Below, in pieces: positions 11,470 through 23,683 of a stretch of DNA of 64,000 nt. This DNA is from Octopus sinensis (Eukaryota). Position 1 is the stretch's first letter; every line of letters starts with the position of its first letter. The notes under the pieces are model-generated. The model ran no database searches, was not told the origin of the DNA, and worked only from the letters and a program-made list of their open reading frames with translations. The stretch lies in contig NC_042997.1 in NCBI RefSeq assembly GCF_006345805.1, positions 201,500,001-201,564,000 of the forward strand, in the 5' to 3' direction. A program made the translations under genes and the position numbers.

Positions 11470-11603
11470 CAGCATGTCTCCACCCTTACCGTTTCCTTCT
11501 TTAACTCTCCTGCCATGTCCTGTTTTTGTTGGTTTGTAGCTGACATTCACTGCAAAACGTTGATGGGAAACACCCCTGACCCTGCCAACACAAGTTTTGA
11601 CAG
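11470..11603 (-). other. Candidate spliced exon of a host transcript
   Basis: Pyrimidine tract TTCTCTTCTTGTTTGTGTGCATTTTCTGTGCAG acceptor; donors GTAAGG (after 11490) or GTGAGT (after 11470); in-frame ATGs give MSATNQQKQDMAGELKKET. Confidence 0.3.
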
Positions 11604-11911
11604 CTGCACAGAAAATGCACACAAACAAGAAGAGAATGGATTGAAAATACTTGTAAAACAAAGCTTAACATTTTAAAACAAACAAAATCACGATAATATC
11701 GGGGGTTTTGTACAATGAAAAACTACGACAGCAAAAACACTCTGCTTTGGATACACAAATGTGTTGACATCACGTCCAATAAAGACATTTTAGACAAAGA
11801 CAAGTTCCAATCAGAGATATCTGTTTGGCAAAGGTGCGTTACAAGAAACACTGACAACTTACCCGGGAAATTTGTTTAAGATCAAGTCAGGAGAAAGTTA
11901 ATATGCTACAG

Positions 11912-14028
11912 CAGAGCTTTTCAAACTTTTTGCTGGAGCGGAACCCCAAGGAAACATTCCACTGGCTCGAGGAACCCCTGTGCAATAATTTAATAATCTT
12001 ATGTACACATACGGTGCACTGTAGGATAGGGCCACTCCTTGAAAAGGATGGCACACTCACAGGAAAACCAATGAGGGTAAGTGAAATACTGAATGAGCAA
12101 TTCAAGAGTATTTTCACTCCACCCCTCGGGCATTTCCAAATCACCAATCCAACTGACTTCTTTACCACTGCAGATATAAAATCAGAGGTGGCGACGATAA
12201 ATTACATCGATATAAAGGAAGACGATGTAATAAAGGCCATAGATGAAATGAAAACAGACTCAGCTATTGGCCCCGATGGATTCCCGGCAATCCTCCTAAA
12301 AGTATGTAAGAGAGTCCTAGCAAGACCACTGCAGATCCTCTTTCAGAGCTTCCTTGCAGCTGGCAAACTTCCAAAAAAACTGAAGAGGAAGGTAAAATAT
12401 GCCCTATTCATAAAGGAGGTAGCAGAGCAGAGGCAAAGAAATACAGACCTATCTCTCTCACCTCACACATCAGCAAGGTCATGGAACGAATAGTCAGAAG
12501 GAAACTAATCACCTTCCTTGAAGAAAATGACTTGCTGCCCGACACCCAACATGGTTTCCGACCAGGAAGAAGCTGCTTAACTCAGCTCCTACAACACTAT
12601 GACTGGGTGCTGAAACAACTGCTCAACCACTCAAATGTGGAAGTGATATATCTCGACTTTGCAAAGGCCTTTGATAAAGTCGATCATGGAATGATATGTC
12701 ACAAACTGCGTGATCTTGGCATAGTCGGAAAATTGGGAGAATGGCTTCATGACTTTCTGAAGAATAGAAGTCAGGTGGTAGCAGCCAATGGGGCCACTTC
12801 CATTAACACGCAAATAGTGAGCGGTGTTCCGCAAGGCACTGTTTTGGGACCACTACTGTTCATAATGGCCCTCTCAGACATGCCCTCAGCCACACAGAGC
12901 CACGATCACAAGTTATGCAGATGATACAAAAGTTTCACAGGCAACACAGAACCCTGAAGACACTAAGCACCTACAATGTGAGCTGGACGAAATATACAAG
13001 TGGGCTGAAAAGAATAGCATGCAGTTCAATGCTGAAAAGTTTCAAGCTTTATACTATCAGCATGCAAAACTGAATGCAATACCCAATGAATACACTGGAC
13101 CCGGAGGGATTGCAATCCCAGAGGCACAATCAGTGCGTGACCTGGGTATTCACATGAGTGATGACGCGACCTTTCATGTACATGTTGCTAAACTGGCAAT
13201 GAAATGTAGACGGCTGGCTGGATGGATTCTTAGAACCATTAGAACAAGAGAACAAGAAACCATGATGGTCCTCTGGAAGACACTTGTCCTAAGCCACTTT
13301 GACTATTGCTCTCAGCTATGGTCACCATCCAGTGTCAAGTTGATCACAGAACTTGAGGCGATCCAACGAAGCTACACGAAGATAGCCTCTGTGCAGCATA
13401 TGAGCTACTGGGAAAGACTCAAGAGATTAAAGCTCTATTCCCTGGAGCGCAGGCGAGAAAGATATGCCATAATATATATCTGGAAGATCCTGGAAGGACT
13501 TGTCCCAGACTTTGGCATCAAGAGTCACACAAATGCAGAGAACGGACGCCACTGCGTAGTACCAAGGACTCCAAATTTGCCATCAAGATGTAGGACAAGA
13601 TATTGTGATAGCCTGGGCTTCAGAGCCCACAGCTCTTCAATATCCTCCCGAAGAACCTGAGGGACCTGCATGGTGTAGATGCGGATGTCTTTAAAGTAGG
13701 ACTGGATCTCTTCCTGTCAGGTGTCCCGGATGAACCAACTTCACGGCAGGAGGTGCAGATGAGGGCAGCTGCATCGAACTCTCTATGCATCAGATGGCGT
13801 TTGCTAAGAAGCATCCGTGAGGTAAAATCGTGTAGCAAACCAAATGGCGGTGCCCCAGCATGGCCACAGCTCATTAGCTGAAACTGGAAAAATCAAAATC
13901 AAAATCAAATATCTGCACAGGAGAATTTAAAATTTCTGCCGATTTTAGCAGTTTTGTAACTTCTTGCGGAAACCTGGAATGTACTGGCGGAACACTAAGG
14001 TTCCACGGAACCCTGGTTGAAAACACTG
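11912..14028 (+). mobile_element. hAT (Charlie-like) MITE split by a CR1 insertion
   Basis: Ends CAGAGCTTTTCAAAC / GGTTGAAAACACTG; perfect 8-bp TSD TGCTACAG at 11904-11911 and 14029-14036. Confidence 0.8.
12011..13909 (+). mobile_element. 5'-truncated CR1-clade LINE, frameshifted RT pseudogene
   Basis: GPDG, QHGFRPGRSC, YLDFAKAFDKVDH, SGVPQGTVLGPLLF, SYADD, VRDLG motifs across three frames; (AAAATC)n tail. Confidence 0.9.
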
Positions 14029-15064
14029 TGCTACAGTGTGACGAATAGAAAGGTTTTTTTTATCTCTAAGAATCATGTATGGAATGATATCATGTCCATC
14101 GAGTGAGGTATGGTTCACGATAGTGTCTGCCTACTCTTCTGGACTGAGAGTGATGCAAAACGACAAGCAGAGATACAGCTCGTCTTAGAGATATAACGGG
14201 AGTACATGAATCAAAACAAAACAAGGCTGGCTGTTAAGCGCACACTGGGGTCGACATTGTCTCCTGATTCATTGTCACATTTGTAGTGCAATGAGGGCAC
14301 GTGAAAAGTACGAAAGGGATAAGGAACACTAAGCAGTCGTGAGTGGGGAGTAACATGAATTTGTATTTTAACAGCTCACGGATCACAAGGACATTCTGGA
14401 GTTGCTATCCGTTGCAGGCACGGAAGCACGAGCAGTGAGACAAGCAATAAAGGACAGAAACCACAACAATTACATTTGTAACTTCAAAAACTAGTTAAGG
14501 GTTTTCAATCCCTGAATTAGGGAGAGAGGGAGCAGTGAACAGCAGCAGAAGAAGTTCCAACAACGGCACCAACAGTCAAAGCTCCTGAAATTACGTTGGA
14601 CGTTGCCTGGTCGTCGATCCCAGAAGAGAGTGATGTCAAAGTTCCCTACACTGAGTAGCACCAACCCGTCCACCTGCATTAATGTGGAGAGACTGGAGAC
14701 TGAAGTTGCAGGTTTTTGTGGAGAAAAGAAAAAGGAAGACACAGAAGAAGGACAACGGGAGAAATTAAAAACAAACCAAGATTGCACAGAACATGAAGTT
14801 CGCGTTGGTAAGATTGAATGAACTGCGCTTCAGATCAAAGATAATCATCTATAAAATCGATAAAAAATGAAGATGTGCTAAAGGGAAATCTAGAGGTAGA
14901 TTTGATATATAAAAAACAGGCAAATGATAGAATGTTAGAGGTCGCAGGGATAATTTTCATTAGTATGAAACAAATACACAGTTGCTTTAAGCTTTTTAAT
15001 ATGGTTAGGCCCTGAAATCCTCTCGGGTACCTTTGGAAGCGTACTTTTCAACGTAAAAATGTTC

Positions 15065-15435
15065 ATGGCATTCCGTCACTTACGACAACGTGGGTTCCCG
15101 TTGATCCGATCAACAGAACAGCCTGCTCGGGAAATTAGCGTGCAAGTGGCTGAGCACTCTACATACATGTGTATGTACCCTTAACGTAGTTCTCGGGGAG
15201 GTTTAGCGTGACAAAGAGTGTGACAAGGCTGGCCCTTCGAAATACAGGTACAACAGAAACAGGAAGGAAGAGTTGTGGCGAAAGAGTACATCAGGGTTCG
15301 CCACCCACCCCCCACTGTCGGAGCTTCGTGGAGCTTTAGATGTTTTTGCTCAGTAAACACTCACAACGTCTGGGAATCGAAACCACGATCCTACAACCAC
15401 GAGTCTGCTGCCCTACCCACTGGGCCATTACGCAC
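15065..15435 (-). mobile_element. tRNA-derived SINE (third family)
   Basis: Head TGGCCCAGTGGGTAGGGCAGCAGACTC...GGTTTCGATTCCC; 3' part shared with 975-1297; relatives at 26965-27260 and 32778-33017. Confidence 0.7.
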
Positions 15436-15734
15436 ATTAAGCAGTTAGAGAAAAGACATGTAAATCAATGGAAGAGGATACTGTCTCCGCATATGGCACA
15501 TTGAAATTCACAGTTCTTCCCTTAAACGAAAAATTAACGAAAGGGGCTGTTTCTGCACTCTTAATTCCATGCAGCTTGGTGAGGAAATATGCTCTGAAGA
15601 AGCAGAGAGTGTGAAAAGACAATATCTCGATAAAACCAGATGAACAACGATGTGATGAAATTTACATAAACCATCACTAGAAAGTAGGTCCTCACCGTTG
15701 CACCTACCAAATATATTAACTACATCTTGTTTTA

Positions 15735-16199
15735 ACTATTGCGGGTGTTACGTTCCAAAACCCCCCATGATAGGTGACAATCCACGAAGTAGAAACAGTA
15801 CAGTATATATATTTTTTTTCTTATAATTTGTATATATTTATTTTATTATAAATGCAAAGCAGCACCACGCACTCATTCGTTTTCCATATAGTATGTGCGA
15901 TTCTTTGTCTACTCATCTACGGTACACTACATATTTTCTTTTAATATATTTTAATTAATGTCTTATACTGTGCAGTACTGTACTCTATTTTCATTGATTA
16001 ATTCATTAATTTTTAGGCGTGAAAATGCGTATTTTATCACAGAAATAATTTAGATCTTAAAAAATATAAATACCTATTGGCCACAGAAACCCTCGATATA
16101 CTGAGGAGTCCGCGATATAAATTTGCATATATTAGCCGGAGAAATCCACGTTGTACTGAGGGTGCAATAGGTTAACCGCGATATGGCGAGGGATTACTG
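15735..16199. mobile_element. Tigger/pogo-like non-autonomous DNA transposon, one intact end
   Basis: Right end CCGCGATATGGCGAGGGATTACTG followed by TA; left end eroded. Confidence 0.55.
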
Positions 16200-16221
16200 T
16201 ATATTTTATGCTCTATAGTAA

Positions 16222-16485
16222 AGGCGCGTGTCTTAGTGGTTAAGGTGTTCAGTTACTAATTGAAGGTCATGAGTTCGTTTCCCAGCAGCGTGCTGTGTCC
16301 TTCAGCAAGACACTTTATTTCATGTTGTCCCCATCCTCTCAGCTGGCAAAAACAAGTAATACCTTGTAGTTCAAACAACCAGCCTTGTTGCATTCTGTGT
16401 CTCCCTGAATCTCCATGAGAACTACATTAAGGGCACACGATTTTGTGGAGTGCTCAGCCACTTGCACATTAATTTCACAAGCATT
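16222..16485 (+). mobile_element. tRNA SINE with V-like core
   Basis: Homologous to 975-1297. Confidence 0.65.
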
Positions 16486-16669
16486 GGTAAAAATGCTCGT
16501 GAAATAAGAGCATCAGTAAAAATGTCTTGCAGTGTTTTGAGTTCAAATACTGCAGAGATCAAACTTTGCCTTTCGTCCCTCCAAGATTGATAAAATCAAG
16601 AACCAGCGATCGAAGTAACTGATCCCTTCTCCACAAAAAACCAGCTAACCTTGTACTTATATTGTTTTT

Positions 16670-17078
16670 TTATTACCCACAAAGGGCTAAACATAGAAGG
16701 GATAAACAAGGACAGACAAAGGGATTAAGTCGATTATATCGACCCCAGTGCGTAACTGGTACTTATTCAATCGACCCCGAAAGGATGAAAAGCAAAGTCG
16801 ACCTCAGCGGAATTTGAACTCAGAACGTAACAGCAGACGAAATACCTATTTCTTTACTACCCACAAGGGGCTATACACAGAGGGGACAAATAAGGACAGA
16901 CAAACGGATTAAGTCAATTATATCGACCCCAGTGCGTAACTGGTAGTTATTTTATCGACCTCGAAAGGATGAAAGGCAAAGTCGACCTCAGCGGAATTTG
17001 AACTCAGAACCTAACAGCAGGCGAAATACCGCTAAGCATTTCGTCCGGCGTGCTAACGATTCTGCGAGCTTGCCGCCT
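16670..17078 (-). mobile_element. Meta-like SINE, full plus tandem partial copy
   Basis: Same dimer layout as 1928-2340, reverse orientation. Confidence 0.8.
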
Positions 17079-18319
17079 TGTACTTATATTCGTAAGAATC
17101 TTACATCAGGTTTCCTGTTTTTTTTACAATATGCTAATCTGGAATGTAAAGCTACCAGTGTTTCTATTGTTTTTATCTTATGATACGGCTATTAGATTAT
17201 TTACAAATAAATGCATTTGGAAACGAAAATGTCAAGTCAGTCATTCTACGATATACTTTTTTTACCTGAAGTGTACTACAGTTTTGTTGCACATGGTAAA
17301 ACAGAATGACAAAAAAGAATCAGATTTGTTGCAGAATTAAAATAGAATAGCTGTATTTGTTTAGCCTATGGAGACTTGTTTGGGAACGAGAGAAAATTCA
17401 AAATGTCTTCCTATTGAGGATTAGAAATTCACATCTGAATAATCAAGGTAGCTACAAAGGTTTCGATTATTGACCCGAAACACGTGTTTCGTGAATGTTC
17501 TAATCTCCACAGAATGTTCAATAATAGAATAGTTTATCAAATTCTCGGAATTCTTTCAAGGTAAACTGAACAATATTATATTTATTTATAGGAAATGTTA
17601 CAGAAAATAAACGAAATCAATACAGAATATTTTTCCCTGTAATAATCTTATCACCAGAAACAGATACAAAAAAGAAACAAAGGTTAGCTCTTAAAACAGG
17701 AGAGAAAAACCGAACAAAGAAGAACTTATAAATATTGATTTGTAGCATAGGTACAAGGCCACGCATTTTGGGAGACAAAACAATCGATTATATCGATACC
17801 AGTATTTGATTGGTAATTTTTTTATTTTACCGGCCTCACATGGATAAAAAGCAAAGTCAACCCTGGTGGAATAAGAACATAAATATGTTTTAAAATAAAC
17901 AAAAAGGAAACACCCAAAATACCGCAGGGTGTTTTGTCCACTGCTGGACCAAAATCGTTATAGTGGGAGGCTATGCTATCAACGAAGCTGGTTTATTTTG
18001 TTTTTGGCTACTAAATTCAATATATCGATTCGAAAATACAATAAAATTGATACAACCGTGGTTGTCTTAGGTCAAAGTCATTCAAGTCATTCTCATCTTT
18101 TGATTCCTACGTATTGTCAGTATTTCACTTCTTTTGAAAGGAATCTAGTATTGTTTGTTTGCTTGTTTGTATTTGTTTTATGATTGTATCGGTTAAATTG
18201 GTTTGTTTTTGCCATCATCTCCTGATGTCATATTTTTCTCACACATTTTTCGTTTATTTTTCTCTTTCTCTCTCCCCTCTCTTCCTCTTTCTCTCTCCAC
18301 GCTCGTACACAATAAATAC

Positions 18320-18364
<45 letters not shown>

Positions 18365-18377
18365 ACACACAGGTATT

Positions 18378-18416
<39 letters not shown>

Positions 18417-18468
18417 ATATATGTATGTATATAGAAATATATATATATATTTATGTATGTATATAGAA

Positions 18469-18518
<50 letters not shown>

Positions 18519-18540
18519 ATGTATGTATGTATGTATGTAT
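18320..18540. repeat. Compound (TA)n/(TG)n/(TATG)n microsatellite
   Basis: Direct inspection. Confidence 0.9.
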
Positions 18541-19715
18541 ACAGAAAAAATGCCAAAAAGACAGGTTGGTTCGTCTCCAATTTTTTGCAAATTCTTAAAT
18601 ATATCACCTTCTGTGTATATATATACTACCAAACAAACATGATTTTTATTGAACTCCTAATACTTTTTGTTGAATATTTTCTTAAATACTTTCTTGTAAA
18701 CCGTTTTTAACATTTTCTTATTATTACCAAAGAAAGTATATATATATATATATATATATGGAGAAAAATTACCTAAGATAAATAAGTCAGTCTCTAGTAT
18801 TTGAGCAACCTTAGATAAATATAGGTATATCAAATTACCAAATACATACATACATACATACATACATACATGTATACATACATGCATACATACATACATT
18901 CATGCAAGCATACATGTGGAGGTGGGAGCCATGTGAATAGGCAGGGTTATTTCATTAGAGTGCTGGTCGTATTTGATCCGACTCCGATTCTGAGTTCAAA
19001 TCCCGTTTAAATCCAATTAGCCTTTCATCTTTTCAAGGTCAGGGTTTTCTGTGTGATGATGTCAGGAGCTCAACAACTGCACATCAGACTCTTTGATTGC
19101 TATCAACAAAAGTTCTGATTAATCACAAAATATAGCTTGAAACATTAATTCAGCTAAACATAACTTATAAAACAATGGTGAGCAACAGACTGAGACTCAA
19201 AAGGACAGAGTCAGATAGAGCTTGGCAGATTGAAGAGAGGCACAGTCATGTGTCAAGTTCAATATCAGCTGTTCAACAACTAAACTGGCCAGCACGAACA
19301 TTCTGTAATGCGCAGCGATGAAACTACTACTAACTTTAAAATCACCCATGATGGGGTAACTCGCGTTTATTCACTCAACCTCTCTCTCCCTTCTCTCTAC
19401 ATCTCCCTTATGTCTGCACACAGTTACGCAAGGTATATTACTTTATTACTAAAGTCAGCACATCATTCTTTTACAAAATCTGGCCACAACAGTAATCATT
19501 TTTTCCGGTATATTTTGTGATTTTCTTTCTTGGAACGGTCGTCTTCCACTTTCAAGTATTGATAATAAATCAGATGGTGAACGTAAAGGACAGATTACTC
19601 TTGTTTTTCTTTAGACTTGTTTATCATTGTTAAATTAATCTTCTTTTAAGTTTGTAACCTCCGAACAAAATAAACTGTGCAACCCAGTTTCCAACATACG
19701 ACATTGGAAATATAT

Positions 19716-19887
19716 ATTTCTTTACTACTCACAAGGGGACAAACAAGGACAGACAAACGGATTAAGTCGATTATATCGACCCCGAAAGGATGAAAGGCAA
19801 AGTCGACCTCGGCGGAATTTGAACTCAGAACGTAACGGCAGACGAAATACGGCTACGCATTTCGCCCGGCGTGCTAACGTTTCTGCC
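19716..19887 (-). mobile_element. Meta-like SINE with internal deletions
   Basis: Head, core and tail motifs present. Confidence 0.75.
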
Positions 19888-20179
19888 ATGAAGCTTACAG
19901 CATACAAAATAGGTGTAGCTTGGTGCACTTATTTTGCAAAATCTGCAATTCTACAACCACGGCGATGTTCTTCGAAAATGCAATTGCTTAGCACTCATAA
20001 CGACTTCACCGCCTAAATTATGGAAACACAACACGGAAGACACACAAAATTCCCCACCCGTCTTGAAATGCAGAACCAGCTTCCTTCTCCTGAATTCCAT
20101 GTGAACATTTGTGTATCTGGATTCCATCGGCGTCCATCGACTTTTCCGTATGCTCTTATAATTTCCCATTTCAGCACCA

Positions 20180-20800
20180 GTTTTCCAGCAACAAACACTC
20201 TGCATGTTGGACAATTTGTCTTTGTTTTTCTTTCATTTGATTACATTGCATGCTTTTATTTTGCATTTTAATGTTTTGCCTCGTTTGTGCACGCAACCTA
20301 CTTTAATGTTGCCATGAACGCAAATACTCTCCTTCTTCTTCACATGCAACAACTCGAATATTAATGTCCTTTCTGCTTTTTCCTGTACGCTCTTTTTCGT
20401 ACGCGTTCACCTGCACGCTTCCAAATTCATAGAAATAACAACAACTGGTTCTGCATTTCGTTCGGTTGACAATTGTTTTCAGCCAACAAACTTCATGTCG
20501 AACACGTGGTGACACATGCATAAAACTAACAGCATAGCAATGTTTGTTTTTCTGCGTCCACCTTCTGCATAATACCTCGTCCATAACCTGCAGATCCACG
20601 TGCAGCTGGAGTTCGACTCATGTGCATACACGTTTTCATTGTGTTACATTCTCTTTTGTCGTTTACACATCATCCATGTGAGTGCATGGTGAATGATGCG
20701 TAAACGACAGAAGGAAGTATATAACACGATGAAGACGGGTTGGTTTTCACCATTGTTTTCTATAAGAACTCTCAACCTTTTCTGCAGTTTTCTTCCTAGC
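20180..20800 (-). pseudogene. Highly decayed piggyBac-like transposase relic
   Basis: Pieces YFYEFGSVQVNAYEKERTGKSRKD and cysteine-rich CNVIK*KKNK..TNCPTCRVFVAGK resemble the piggyBac C-terminus; many frameshifts. Confidence 0.3.
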
Positions 20801-21049
20801 TTAAACAATATTGCAACAAACATGCATGCATACATTTAATACCCCACATGCACCCTAGTGGTTGTGCCATTGGTAATTGTTTCCTGATCTGTGCCAAACG
20901 TAAGCTGTATTTAGCGAAATCGTTTCTGTCTTCTAGTTCTGCAACTGGTGCCAATTCACTGCTCTGCCTTACGTTTCTTCGGCTTATGAACCCGCTTCAA
21001 GGTTTAACTCGACCAGACCTGTTAACACCGCTTACCATATACTCCTAGT

Positions 21050-21194
21050 CACTAGCGTAGCTAGAGTGTGTGCCGCCCGGGGCGGCCCTTCCGTTTGCTG
21101 CTTCTGGACCCCACAAAAAACTACATATTGCCAACAGCAGACCCAAAAGTTCTGCCCCTACGCCCCACCCCACCTCACCCCAGTTACGCTAGTT
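21050..21194. mobile_element. Small GC-rich MITE
   Basis: Imperfect TIRs CACTAGCGTAGCT / AGTTACGCTAGTT; no clear TSD. Confidence 0.45.
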
Positions 21195-21517
21195 CTAGCA
21201 TTTTCAATAAGGGACACTGGCTACGCATTTTGGGCTCTTGCTTTCAAACATTTATCATCTTTCCTTTGTACGAGATCACTTGGGCCACGGTGTACATAGA
21301 GGATATTTACTCGACTCAACGCATCCAGCATTTCTTTTAAAGCTTGTCGTAATCGCTTTATGCGCAGCAATTACTTACGACCTCATGGCTAAACACACTT
21401 GGCCTCTACGCTTTCTTCAAAGCACAGACCAAACTATTTACATATGGTGCCAGAACTCTTTCTGTTATACCATGCATTAAAAACATAAGGCATTTCTTTT
21501 CCTCAGCACTTGCGAGA

Positions 21518-21690
21518 TATTCAGACTCACTTGGATATTTTACCCTGCATCATATTCAGATCTACTTGAATATTATACTGCACTATGTTCAGACTCACTT
21601 GAATATGGCATTCATACGTACTTCATTATTCAGACTCCCTGGAACATACACTCATTTAGTACCGCGCCATATTCAGAATCACTTAAATAT
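21518..21690 (+). repeat. Degenerate spaced repeat, 5 copies of TATTCAGACTCACTTGAATAT
   Basis: Copies start at 21518, 21553, 21586, 21627 and 21670. Confidence 0.7.
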
Positions 21691-22009
21691 GTACTTGCAG
21701 TCACGTACACTGCAGTTCACATTCTCTCATCTGATAGTTAAGACGCCTATTTCTGGCCTAGCATTACATAAACCTTCCATTTTCGCATGCACGTTAAATG
21801 TCACATTAGTGTTCTGACATTTGTTGTTTAACATCCTTTTCTCTGCAGTATATGTCAACATCATTAGCACAACCGCTTACACTTACATTTCGATTCACTT
21901 GTTCTTATACAAGCAAGTCTCTGGTGGGGAGAGTAATTTAGCAGATTTCTGCTTCAACTTGAAAACTGTTTTAGTTGTAAACAAAAGAGAGGATCTTCAA
22001 ATTGTTAGC

Positions 22010-22198
22010 TGACGTCATTGGAAAAGCTGACTAAAGATCTTCAACAGCTGCGGATCAAATTCATTGACTGACGTCAGCAAAATTTCTGGCGAATCAGAAA
22101 TTGTTGATTGAAAATCTCTCAAGCTTTAATTAAGTTAAACTCGGCTTATAACAGGAATAGCGGATAACAGGCAGCGACTCAGACGGATACCGTCTGAG
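22010..22198. promoter_or_regulatory. Candidate promoter: two full CRE palindromes, TATA-like box, short hairpin
   Basis: TGACGTCA at 22010-22017 and 22069-22076; TTATAA at 22146-22151; CTCAGACGG-ATA-CCGTCTGAG at 22178-22198; apparently non-repetitive context. Confidence 0.4.
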
Positions 22199-22377
22199 AG
22201 AGCTGGGCAAACTGACAGAGGAGCGACGAAGTCATGTCTTAAGTTAGACCATGTTCAAAATCAGACTGATCAACGTGAACATTGTGTAATATCTGACGAT
22301 TAAACTACTCCTAGCAGCTTTAAAATCAAATAATGTAGAGATAACTCATAGCGCTATTCCTTCATTCATTCACTCAC

Positions 22378-22417
<40 letters not shown>

Positions 22418-22448
22418 TCTCTCTCTCTCTCTCTCTCTTCTGCTCTCT
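22378..22448. repeat. (CT)n microsatellite
   Basis: Direct inspection. Confidence 0.95.
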
Positions 22449-22769
22449 ACGTTTCACTTTCATCTACACACAATCACACACTGTCCAACTAATTTGCTAC
22501 GGTGAGCACAACATCCATTTTCTTACCAAACCAGGTCACAACATTACTCTTATTGTTTCCGATCCTATTCTGTCATTTTCTGTTCTTGGATCGGTCGTTT
22601 CCTTTTCCACCCATAAACAATAAAACAAATGATGAACATAAACAACAAACTATCCTTAATTTTCTTTGAACCCGTTCATCATTGTTAATTTTAATAATAT
22701 TGTTACACACACACACACACACGCATACACGCACGCACACACATTGCATATGCAATAAATAACAGAAGA

Positions 22770-23640
22770 AATAAAAATAAAAATAAACATAGGAGGGACG
22801 AGGTTTAGCACTTATTGTGTTAGTGTATTGGTTTAATGCAGAGATAAAGAGAGTTTTAACGTTTCGGATAATTGTCTTTCATCAGAGAAATTAGAAGAGC
22901 ATCGGAGAGTGAGAAAGAGGAATAATCAGTGAGTGAAAGAGCTAAAAATTAATGAGAAGTTAGGAGGCAAGTGGAGATGAGTCCTGTGGGGGTATCAGAA
23001 ACGGGAATGGGTGTGTTATGTGCAAGTATAAGAGTGTACCCGTGTTTGGAGGCGGGTATATGAGAAGGCGTAGTGCGTGTGTTTTTTTTAGTATATGTAT
23101 ATAGAAGTATACAGGTGCAGAAGTACAGTGACGTAAACTGGTAGAGATGTGAGAAAATCTTGCAAGTGGGGAGATGGGAACGGACGTGGGTGTGAGGTGA
23201 AAAGGGGAGTAACAGGAATGCGGAGGGTGTGATAGAAGTGTGTACAGCAATACAGGTGTGCGACAGGAAGGAAAGGTATGAACTAAAAGAAGCAAAATCG
23301 TGAGAAAAGGCGTGAGTTCTGGGAGAGAAGTCAAAGAAAAAAATTATTACAAAAAGATGGATAAAAACTACAAAATTATAAAAAGCAAAAGCGGTAGAGA
23401 AAAAGACCACAAGTTTTATGAGAGAAATTACGCAACATAAGTACAAAGTCCAGGGAGGTTGGGTTAAGTGTCCTAGGGATGGTTTGCAAGAGCTGAGTTG
23501 GAACTTGTGTCGTGGAAAAGTTCGATAAAACCACAAAGAGTAAGGCAAACTTGAGAGAAAGATGAAGAAATCTCTTTAGAAAGACGCGTGGAGAAAAAGG
23601 AAGATAAGAAGTAGAAGTATAATGCATAATAAATAATGTG
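22770..23640 (-). mobile_element. Penelope-like element relic with hammerhead core at 22861-22885
   Basis: CTGATGA-AAGACAATTATCC-GAAACGTT on minus; pyrimidine-rich decayed ORF pieces; abuts TA microsatellite. Confidence 0.4.
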
Positions 23641-23646
23641 TGTATG

Positions 23647-23683
<37 letters not shown>

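Noticed and set aside
14040-14900. Unique-looking segment with short ORFs
   Set aside because: Stops in all frames and no motif I can identify; possibly a decayed transposon
21518-21690. CRISPR array
   Set aside because: Eukaryotic context, degenerate repeats, spacers only 12-22 bp and mutually similar, no cas genes
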